This document shows positions 51,523-61,901 of a stretch of 64,000 bases of DNA, in pieces; the stretch's first letter is position 1, and each line of letters opens with the position of its first letter. Source of the DNA: Squalus acanthias (Eukaryota); the NCBI GenBank assembly GCA_030390025.1, contig JASTWF010000343.1, forward strand, positions 186,001 through 250,000. Reading direction: 5' to 3'. A program made the translations under genes and the position numbers. Below the pieces are notes generated by a model. That model ran no database searches and was not told the origin of the DNA. It saw only the letters and a list, made by a program, of their open reading frames with translations.

Positions 51523-51559
51523 TCACATGACGAAGGAGCAGCGCTCCGAAAGCTTGTGA
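51523..51559 (+). ncRNA. Second copy of the hammerhead motif with a core mutation (AUGACGA)
   Basis: tcac ATGACGA aggagcagcgctcc GAAA gcttgtga. Confidence 0.6.
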
Positions 51560-51852
51560 TTTGAAATAAACCTGTTGGACTATAACCTCGTGTTGTGCGA
51601 CTTCTCACATTAGTCCAATCCAGTCCAACACCGGCATCTCCATCTCATCTAACATGGCAGCCACAGACACGAAGTGACATCACCTAACACGCCACCCACG
51701 GACAGAAAGTGACCTCATCCAACATGCCTCCCACAGACAGAAATTGACATCTTCAAATATGGCCGTGGGGTGTCCTCATCAAACATGGCGGGCAGAACCA
51801 GGAAGTGAAACCATTTAAAATTGCCACTCCCATGCTACACCACATAAAAAGG

Positions 51853-52145
51853 ATGTGTGTTTGAATGAGTGAGTGAGTGAATATGGGTGTGAGAGAGAGA
51901 GAGTGAGTGAATGTGTGTGAGAGTGAGTGTTTATGTGAATGTGTGTGCGTTTGTGAGAGGGTGTCAGTGAATGTATGTGTGTGAGTAAGAGTGACTGTGT
52001 GAGTTTGTGTGAGAGAGAGTGAGTGAATGTATGTGTGTGAGTAAGAGTGAGTATGTGAGTGAATGTGCGTGTGCGTGTGAGGGAGAATAAGTGAATGTAT
52101 GTGTGTGAGTAATAGTGAGAGTGTGTGAGTGAATGTGTGAGTGAA
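51853..52145. repeat. (GT/GA)n compound microsatellite
   Basis: gtgagtgtgtgagagag... Confidence 0.92.
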
Positions 52146-52149
52146 GAGT

Positions 52150-53007
52150 ACATATTCACCGAAGCTTACGAGAGCATGGGCCTTACACTAAACATCCATA
52201 AGACAAATGTGCTCTACCAACTTGCCCACACCCGCCCCCCGATTATCAAATTCCATGACAAGGCATTGGACAACGTGGACCACTTTCCATTCCTCGGGAG
52301 CCTACTCTCAACAAGGGCAGAAGTCGATGACGCAGTACAACACCGCCATCAGTATGCCAGTGCAGCCTTCGGTCGCCTGAGGAAGAGAGTATTTGAAGAC
52401 CAGGACCTCAAACCCGGCAACAAGCTCATGGTCTACAGAGCTGTAGTAACGCCCGCCCTCCTGTACGCCTCAGAGACATGGACCATGTACAGCAGGCACC
52501 TCAAAGCACTGGAGAGGTACCACCAACGCTGCCTGCGCAAGATCCTGCAAATACATTGGCAGGAGAGGCGCACCCACGTCAGTGTTTTCACTCAGGCCAA
52601 CATCCCCAGCATCGAAGCTTTGACCACGCTCGATCAGCTCCGATCGACGAGTCACATCGTCCGCATGCCCGATACGAGACTCCCAAAACAAGCGCTCTAC
52701 TCGGTGCTCCGACACGAAAACAGAGCCCCAGGTGGGCATAGGAAACGCTTCCAGGACACCCTCAAAGCCTGCATGAAAAAGTGCAACATCGCGAGTCTCT
52801 TCGCCGGAAGCAAGCGTAAACCAAGCGCAGGCAGCACAAGGAGTGCACGTGAACCCAAGCACCCCACCCACCCGCCCCTTCAATCACCGTCTGCCCCACC
52901 CGTGACAGAGAAGGTAGGTCCCGCATTGGACTCATCAGTCACCTGAGAACTCATTTTAACGTGCAAGCAAGTCATCTTCGGTTCCGAGGGACTGCATAAG
53001 AAGAAGA
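52150..53007 (+). mobile_element. 5'-truncated RTE-clade LINE
   Basis: ORF 52125-52946: GLTLNIHKT, VDHFPFLGS, LLYASETWT, HQRCLRKIL.I.W, RLPKQALY; tail aagaagaag. Confidence 0.88.
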
Positions 53008-53011
53008 GTGA

Positions 53012-53812
53012 AAAGTGCGTTCACATGCATACACAGCAAACCCATCTTAGACCATCCTGTGTTCTCTCTTAGTTTGACCCCAACTAATAACCTTACTATT
53101 TCTTACTTTACTGCTCGCTGCCTTTCCCAATCCTTATGGCACTTATTTCTCCTTCGTAATGCTACATCCTGCTTCTCACACTCCTGCCAAATTCGGTTTA
53201 ACCCTCTCCAACAGTACAAGCAAACACCCTGCCACCCCGTGCCCCGGCGAGGCCATTGGACCCGGCTCTGTTGAGGTGCAACCTGTCCGGCCTGTACAGG
53301 TCCCACCTCCGCCAAAACCGTTCCCAATGTCCGAGGATTCTGAAGCTCTCCCTCCTGCCCCATCTCTCCAGCCATACATTCATCTGTTCTACCCTTCTAT
53401 TTCTATACTCACTCGCTCGTGGCACCGGGAGTAATCCAGGGATAACTGCTTTTGAGGTCCTGCTTTTAATCTCTTTCCCAGCTTCCTAAAATCTGCCTGC
53501 AGGACCTCATCCCTCTTTCTACCTATGTCGCTGGTATCAATATGGACCGAGACATCTGTCAGTTCACCCTCCCGCCTCAGAATGTTAGGCAGCCGCTCAG
53601 TGAAATCCTTCACCCTGGCACCAGGAAGCAACATACAATCCTGGGGTCACATCAGCGGCCGCAGAAACGCTTGTCTGTTTCCCTAATTATCGTGTCTCCT
53701 AGCACTATTGCCTTCCCTATCTTCCTCCCCCACCTCTCCCTGTACAGCTCAGCCACCCGTGATGCCGTGGACTTGGCTCTGACTGTATTCCCCAGAGGAA
53801 CCAGCATCACTC
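53012..53812 (-). mobile_element. CR1 ORF1 (esterase) remnant, same family as 48070-48770
   Basis: GDTIIRETDKRFCG, LPGARVKD, RILGHWERFW..DRLHLN. Confidence 0.85.
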
Positions 53813-53911
53813 CCTCCCGACTGCTTACCACTGTGCCGCCACCTCTGATGGGTCTGTCCTGCCGGTGAGACAGGACATACCCAGGAATGGTGATGGAGGA
53901 GTCAGGGACAT
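53813..53911 (-). mobile_element. LINE family B endonuclease fragment (downstream flank of the CR1 target site)
   Basis: VPDSSITIPGYVLSHRQDRPIRGGGTVV. Confidence 0.75.
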
Positions 53912-54968
53912 AAGAACATAAGAACATAACATAAGAACATAAGAAATAGGAGCAGGAGTAGGCCAATCGGCCCCTCGAGCCTGCTCCGCCATTCAATAAG
54001 ATCATGGCTGATCTGATCCTAACCGCCAATCTACTATCTATCACAGAACCATCTCCTGCATCTAACAGAATTGCACACACGAAATAGGAGCAGAATCAGG
54101 CTACACAGTCCCTGGGCCCGCTCCACTACCCACAGGGCCATGACCGATCCGAACCTAGACTCATGTCCAAATTCCTGCCCGCTCCCCGTAACCCTTAATG
54201 CCCTTTACTTCTAGGAAACTGTCTATTTCTGTTTTAAATTTAATTAATGTTGTAGCTTCTACAGCTTTTTGTGGCAGCATATTCCATGGACCTACCACCC
54301 TCTGAGTGAAGTAGTTCCTCCTCATCTCAGTTTTGAAAGAGCAGCCCCTTATTCTAAGACTATGTCCCCTAGTTCTCGTCTCACCTGTCATCGGGAACAT
54401 CCTCCCCGCATCCACCCGATCCAACCCCTTCACAATCTTATATGTTTCAATAAGATCGCCTCTCATTCTTCTGAACTCCAATGAGTAGAGTCCCAATCTA
54501 CCCAACCTCTCCTCATATGACCACCCCCTCATCCCCGGGATTAACCGAATGAACCTTTTTTGCACTGCCTCGAGAGCAAGGATGTCTTTCCTTAAGTAAG
54601 GACACCAAAACTGTATGCAGTATTCCAGGTGCGGTCTCACCAATACCTTGGAGAACTGAAGCAATACCTCCCTATTTTTATATTCTATCCCCCTAGCAAT
54701 GAAAGCCAACATTCCATTTGCCTTCTTAATCACTTGCTGCACCTGCATACTAACCTTTTGAGTTTCGTGCACCAGGACCCCCAGATCCCTTTGCACTTCA
54801 GTACTCTCCAGTTTCTTGCCATTAAGATAATAAATTGCTCTAGGATTTTTCCTGCCAAAGTGCATCACCTCACACTTTCCAGTGTTGTATTCCATCTGCC
54901 AAATCTCTGCCCACTTACTTAGCCTGTCTATGCCCCCTTGCAGGTTTTTTATGTCCTCCTCATTCACT
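53908..54968 (-). mobile_element. 5'-truncated CR1, double-3'-end subfamily, with an uninterrupted 268-aa ORF
   Basis: ORF 54161-54967; (TTCTTATG)n tail at 53908-53945. Confidence 0.95.
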
Positions 54969-55566
54969 ACAAATGGCCTTTAGAGAAGTAAATCTGATCT
55001 GACTTATATTTGACTCTGGACTCGCAGCAAATGGTTGACTCTTAACTGCCCTCTGAAATGTTCTAGCCACTCAGATGTAAGAAACCACTACGAGAAACCA
55101 TAAGACATATAAACCCCGACGTACCATATGGTATCAACCCAGGCACTGGCTTCGGTCTCATCGAACCTGCAAATTCCTCCTTGCTAACATCAGGGGACTT
55201 GTGCCAAAATTGCAGAGCTGTCCACAGACTAGTCAAGCAACATCCTGACATTTGCCGAAAGTTATGATGATGCGAGTATGACAATGTCAGGATGTTGCTT
55301 GACTAGTCTGTGGACAGCTCTGCAATTTTGGCACAAGTCCCCTGATGTTAGCAAGGAGGAATTTGCAGGTTCGATGAGACCGAAGCCAGTGCCTGGGTTG
55401 ATACCAGATGGTACGTCGGGGTTTATATGTCTTATGGTTTCTCGTAGTGGTTTCTTACATCTGAGTGGCTAGAACATTTCAGAGGGCAGTTAAGAGTCAA
55501 CCATTTGCTGCGAGTCCAGAGTCAAATATAAGTCAGATCAGATTTACTTCTCTAAAGGCCATTTGT
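54969..55566. repeat. Near-perfect palindrome: 284-bp arms (54969-55252 and 55283-55566) with a 30-bp spacer
   Basis: Arms are reverse-complementary with a single mismatch that I could find (55128/55407); mirrored ORFs 55063-55284(-) and 55278-55472(+). Confidence 0.97.
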
Positions 55567-55574
55567 GAAACTCC

Positions 55575-58135
55575 CAGCACCACCCTGATATACACCACAC
55601 ACCTCACTGTAACACTGCCATACCCCTAATCCCACACTGTAACACTCTGATGCACCCAACACGCTTCACGAACAATCTGATATGCTCCAGCCCGTCTCTC
55701 GAAATATCTGGACACAAACAACTGTACATACCCCACACCCGTGATTGTACCACTCCAATATACCCCACACCCATTACTCTAACACTGATATACCCCACAC
55801 CCTTCACTGTAACACTGATATACCTAACACCCTTCCTTCACTTTAACACTCATATACACCACACCCCTTACTGTAACACTCTGATATACTCCACACCCCA
55901 CACTGTAATACTGATATACCCCACACACTTCACTGTAACACTGATATACATCACACACCTCACTCTAACACTGATATACCCCACACCCCTCACTGTAAAA
56001 ATCTGAATTACACCAAACCCTTCACTGTAAAACTCTGATATACCCCGCACCACTCTCTGTAATACTCTGATGTACCACGCAACCCACACTGCAACACTCT
56101 GTGATATACCCCATAAACCTCACTGTAAGACAGATATAAGCCTCACCCCTCAATGTAAAGCACTGATATACTACATACCCATCACTTTAACACTTTGCTA
56201 ACATACACACTCACATAACACCCTGAGATACACCACACCCGCAATTGTTAGGCTCTAATATACTCCACATCGATGACTCTAACACTCTAATATACCACAA
56301 ATCTCTCAATGTAACACTCTCCTATATACCCCAAAATCATCAATATAACACTATGATATTCCCCACATATACCAATATATAACCTGGACATACACCAAAT
56401 CAAACAGTGTAACACTCTGATATACCCCGCCAGCCTCGCGATCACATTCATTCATATACCCCAAAACTCTCACTGTCAAAGTCTCTGATATACCGCATGA
56501 CACAAGTGTAACAAACTTATATAAGACTCACCCTTTAATGTAAAGCACTGATGCACAACACACCTTCCATTTTAACACGTTATAATACTTCACACACTCA
56601 CTGTAACACTCTGGTATACCTCGCCCACATGATTGCAACACTCTGGCATAATCCACACACATTACAGTAAATCTAAGATATACTGCCCACCGCTCACATC
56701 AGAACACTGATATATCCCAAAACCATATCCCTCACTGCAACAATGATATACCCCGCACACCTCACTGTAACACTCTCTGATAAAGTTCACATCACTAACT
56801 GTAGAGCTCTGATATATCCTGCAACACCAAACCATAACGCTCTGAGATAACCCATAACCCTCATGGTAACACATTTTGAAAAAACACATCATTCACTAAA
56901 AAACTGATGTACCTCATTCCCCTCATTGTAACTCTCTGATATAACCCACAACCTTAACTGTAACACACGGATTTACCCAACACCCTTCACTGCAACACGC
57001 TGATATACCCCACAGCCCTCACTGTAACACTCTGATATACGTCACACCCCTCACTGTAACACTCTGACATACCCCACACCCCTCACTGTAACACTCTGAT
57101 ATACCCCACACCACTCACTGTAACACTCTGACATACCCCACATCGCTCACTGTAGCACTCTGATATACACGATACCACTCACTTTAACACTCTGATATAT
57201 CCCACACCCTTCACTGTAACACTCTGATATACCCCACACCCTTCAGTGTAACACTCATATAGACCCCACACCCCTCACTGTAACACTCTGATATACCCCA
57301 CGCCCTTCACTGCAACACGCTGATATACCCAACGGCCCTCAATGTAACAATCTGTGATATACCCCATAAACCTCACTGTAACACAGATATAAACTTCACC
57401 CCTCAATTTAAAGCAATGATATACTCCACACACATCACTTTAACACTTTGATAAGTTACACACTCACATAACACATCGATATACCCCACACCCCTCATTG
57501 TAACGCTCTGATATACCCTATACCACTCACTGTAACACACTGACATACCCCATACGCCTTACTGTAAGACTGTGATATAGCCCACACCTCTCACTGTAAC
57601 AGTCCGAAATACACCGCACCCCACACTGTTACACTGATGTACCCCACTCACCTCACTGTGACACACTCTGATATACCACACATCCCTCACTGTAACACCT
57701 GCACATACAAAAACCCATGACTGGTATACACTGATATACCCCACACTGTAACTGTCTGATATGCCCATAAGCCTCACTGTAACGCTCTGATATACACCAC
57801 GCCCATGATTGTAACACTGCAATATAACCCACACCCATCACTGTAACATTGATATACATCACATCCATCAGTGTAACGCACTGATATACCCCAGTTCCAT
57901 GATTGTAACACTCCAAAATACCCCACACCCATCACTGCAACACTGATATACCCCACACCTCTCACTGTAACACTGATATAATCCTCACGCCTCAATGTAA
58001 AACTGATATACCCCACAACCCTCACTGTAACACTGATATAATCATCACACCTCAATGTAAAGCACTGATTCAATACACACCCATCACTTTAACACTTTAC
58101 GAATTCTCACAGACTCACTATAACACTGATATGTG
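55575..58135. repeat. ~30-32 bp CA-rich minisatellite with higher-order duplications; continues at about 58636-58850
   Basis: Unit taccccacacccctcactgtaacactctgata. Confidence 0.95.
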
Positions 58136-58199
58136 TGCTGTATCTGAGAGTGGGTGTGTTTGTTTGTGAGAGAGTGTGTTTAAGAGAGGGTGTGGGTGT

Positions 58200-58635
58200 G
58201 ATGAAGTGGTTGTCTTATGAAGAAACGTTGAGCAGTTTGGGCCTATACTTCTTGGAGATTAGAAGAATGAGAGGGGACCTTATCGAAACATAAGATTCTG
58301 AAGGGGCTGGACAGGGTAGATGCAGAGAGCATGTTTCCCCTCATGGGAGAATCTAGAAGTAGGGGGCATAATTTCAGAATAAGGGTGCACTGTTTAAATC
58401 GGAAATGAGGAAGAATTTCTTCTCTCAGATTGTCGTAAATCATTGGAATTCCCAGGGTCATTGAATATATTTACGGTGGGGATAAACAGATTTTTGAGTC
58501 GAGGGTTATGCGCAGCGGGCAGAGCAGTGGAGTTGAAGACAGGATCAGATCAGCCATGATCTTATTGAATGGCGGAACAGGCTCGAGGGGCCAAATGACC
58601 AAATCCTGCTCCTACGTCTTATGTTCTTATGTATG
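58200..58635 (+). mobile_element. CR1 3' fragment inserted within the minisatellite region
   Basis: LSYEETLSSLGLYFLEIRRMRGDL; tail tcttatgttcttatg. Confidence 0.9.
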
Positions 58636-58854
58636 TTATGATATACCTCGCACACATGATTGTAACACTCCAGCATAACCCACACACCTTACTATACATC
58701 TATGATATACTGCAGACCCCTCATATAAAACACTGATATATCCCACAACCACAGCCCTCACTGCAACAATGATATACCCCGCACACCTCACTCTAAAGCA
58801 CCCTGATATAGTCCCCATCACTAACTGTAGATCTCTGATATATCCTACAACACC

Positions 58855-60914
58855 TCAGAGTCATTACTGCACAGAAGGTGGGCATTCGGCCCATCGAGTC
58901 CATGCTGGCTCTCTGTAGAGCAATCCAGTAAGTCCCATCCCCCCCCCCATCTATCGCTGTAGCCCTGCAAATTTATTTCCCTCAAGTACCTATCGAATTT
59001 CCTTTTGAAATCATTGATCATCTCCGCTTCCACCACCCTCGTCGGCAGTGAGTTCCAGGTGATTTCCACTCGCTGCATAAGAAAGTTCTTCCTCACATTC
59101 CCCCTGTATCTTTTGCCCAAACCCTTAATTATGTGTCCCCTAGTCCTTACACCGTAAGCTGATGGGAACAGCCTTTCTCTGTCTGCTTTATCCAAACCCG
59201 GAATAATCTTGTACACCTCTATCAAATCTCTCCTCAATCTCCTTTGCTAAAAGGAGAAGAAACCCGGCTTCTTCAACCTAAGCTTGTAGCTAAAATCCCT
59301 CATCCCTGGAACCATTCTGGTAAATCTGCTCTGCATCCTCTCAACGACCTTCACTTCCTTCCTAAAGTGTGGTGACCAGAACTGGATGCAATACTCCAGT
59401 TGTGGCCCAACCAGAGCTCTATAAAGGTTCAGCATAACTTCCCTGCTTTGGTACTCAATCCCTCTATTTATGAAACCCAAGATCCCATATGCTTAGCTAA
59501 CTACTCTTTCAATATTTTCTGCCACCTTCAAAATCTATGCATATGTACCCCCAGGTCCCTCTTTCCCTGCACACTCTTTAGAACTGTGTCATTACGTATA
59601 TACTGCTTGTCCCTATCCCTTCTGCCACACTTCGCTGTATTAAATTTCATCTGTAACTTGTCTGCCCATGCTGCTAGACTATCTATGTCCTGTTACAGTC
59701 AATTAGTATATTCCTCACTGCATGCCACACCTCCAAGTATGATGATATCGGCAAATGTTGAAATTTTACTCTGTATTCCAATATCCAAGTCATTTATATA
59801 TATATGTATGTATATCAAAAAAGCAATGATCCTAGCACTGACCCTTGGGGAACACCACTGTACATCATCCTCCAGTCTGAAAAACAGCCATTTAACACGA
59901 CTCGCTGTTTTTTGTCCTTAAGCCAATTTCTTATCCAAGCTGACACTGACCCTCCTACTCCATGAGCCTCAATTTTGTTATCCAGCCTTTTATGTAGTAC
60001 TCTGTCAAACGCTTTCTTAAAATCCATACAGACAGCATCCACTACATTCCCTTCATCAACCTTCTCTGTTACTTAATCAGAAAATTCAATTAGATTAGTC
60101 AAACACGATCTGTCTTTTACAATCCCGTGTTGGCTCTCCTTAATTAACGTAAACCTCTCCAAGTGCCTGTTATTTTTTTCCCTGATTATTGTTTCTAAAA
60201 CCTTACCAACAACTGATGTAAAACTGACCGGCCTGTAGTTACTAGGACTGTCCTTACACCCTTTCTTGAACAATGGTGTCACATTTGTCACTTTCCAATC
60301 CTCTTACACCTCCCCTGCATCTACGGAAGATTGGAAGATAATGGTAACCACTTCCGCTATGTCCACCCTCACTTCCCTTAGCAACCTGGGATGCAAGCCA
60401 TCCGGAAGATGCAACTTATCCAGTCTAAGCATATCTAGCCTTTTCATTTCTATCTGCCTATCAATTTTCACCCCATCCATTACTACTACCATCTCCGATA
60501 TTTTGTCAGCATCCTCTTCCTTAGTAAACACCGATACAAAGTACACATTAAGTATTCTAGCCTTGCCCTGTGCCTCTAAGCATACATTACCTTCATTGTC
60601 CCTAATCGACCCAACCCCGCCCCTTAGTACCCGCTTACATGCCGGTAGAACATTTATGGGTTCCCTTTTATGTTAACTGACATTATGTTCTCATATTCTC
60701 TCTTTGCCAGTCTTATTTTTCTCTTCACGTCCCCTCTCAACTTATTGTATTTGACCTGGTTCTCTCATGCATCATACACCATTTTTTTGTTTCATCATAT
60801 TTTCTATCTCCCTCGTCATCCAATGAGCCCTGGCTTTGGTTCCCCTAACTTGCCTTCTTGTTGGAATGTACCTAACTTGTACGTGCAACATCTCCTCTTT
60901 AAGGATCACGCATT
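58855..60914 (-). mobile_element. Decayed CR1 ORF2, cut at its 5' side by the ERV LTR
   Basis: ORFs 58845-60546 with RT motifs. Confidence 0.92.
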
Positions 60915-61838
60915 TGTAAGTCAGTAAACTGACCTCTCAGGAGAGATCTTGGACAAGACACAAATAGGCAGCAGCCAGTATATTTGAGCAATAGATCAGA
61001 TTTATTAAGCTTACACCGTAATTAATACTTAACATTCGGCGATAGTCAAAACGAATAGCTCGCATCCCTTCGTCTCTGGAGCCCTTCGGACACAGGGAAC
61101 GTCTTCGTAAGTCTGTTCCTTTTCTTCGCAGCAAATCTGTGTGTAAAGTTATTCTTTGTGTATCGCGGTTTCAACCCTTTTCTTATCAACAGTTCGTTTG
61201 GTCACTGTCCATATATGGTCTTCAACAAAATCACCTTCTTTAATTGGTTCTAATGGTCAAAATACCATTGTCAATCAGGTTAATACTAGTAACCTGGCCA
61301 CTCCTTTTCCAGTGCATTTCCTCTAACTCTGCTCCGTTGTCTTGTTGTCTTGTTTATAGCTTTTCACCCCATTGGAATTTACCATATCTCTTTCATTTCA
61401 TGTCTCCCTGGTACAAGGCCTTTATACCAAGGGCCCATATCAGCACTGTTTCAATTTGTCTTGAGGTATCCAGACTATCTCACTTTAATCTACCAGATAC
61501 AGACCTTAACTTCATTGATCTCTCTCATTGTATGTCCTTATACTAATTATCCTTTAAATATTGTTTCAATTAAGTTTGTTAAGCGAATTTTAAGTTCTAC
61601 TTAGCATCATAGTGTGTTATTTAATGATTTGATCTTCACAAGCAGCCTGTGGCTGTTTATTATCAAAGCTTAGTCAAAACTGCTGTTGACTGTCCCCGAA
61701 GCTGCATTCTGAACAAGTCTTTGCTTTTTAGTACCCAGGAGTAATTATGGGTAATATTATTTTGTCAATGGCTAAACTTGAATTTATACATATATGATTC
61801 TCGTCTACTAAATAGTTTTAATATCAACCTTTCGTACA
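60915..61838 (-). mobile_element. 3' LTR of an endogenous retrovirus or LTR element
   Basis: TGTA...TACA termini, AATAAA on the minus strand at 61001-61006, purine-rich PPT-like gaggtggggtct immediately upstream (61839-61850), and position directly downstream of the env stop. Confidence 0.72.
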
Positions 61839-61901
61839 AGACCCCACCTCGAGGATGAAATGTTTTAAACATTAATTCCTCGACTACCTCTATCTACTTT
61901 C

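Larger units (their letters stand above)
48930..51643. mobile_element. Penelope-like element (PLE) in inverted, tail-out arrangement
   Basis: Minus arm 48930-50725 (RT, GIY-YIG and 3' region); plus arm 50726-51643 (GIY-YIG and 3' region); flanking 13-bp direct repeat CTCATCTAACATG at 48917-48929 and 51644-51656. Confidence 0.92.
48875..51812 (+). promoter_or_regulatory. ~35-bp tandem motif array (ETS, CRE-like and YY1-like), split by the Penelope insertion; array parts are about 48875-48929 and 51644-51812
   Basis: Unit ccacagaCAGGAAGTGACMTCAtcyAACATGGC; period 35 at 51661, 51696 and 51731. Confidence 0.55.

Noticed and set aside
54969..55566. Palindrome as a MITE, foldback transposon or miRNA gene
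   Set aside because: No TSD flanks the arms, and the right arm plus spacer read as contiguous LINE-derived sequence, which favours a local fold-back duplication
55604..58821. Val/Gly/Tyr-rich and Thr/Pro-rich ORFs
   Set aside because: Translations of the 32-bp minisatellite
842..60927. Numerous ORFs antisense to the LINE ORF2 fragments
   Set aside because: Shadow frames of CR1, RTE and PLE coding sequence with no independent support
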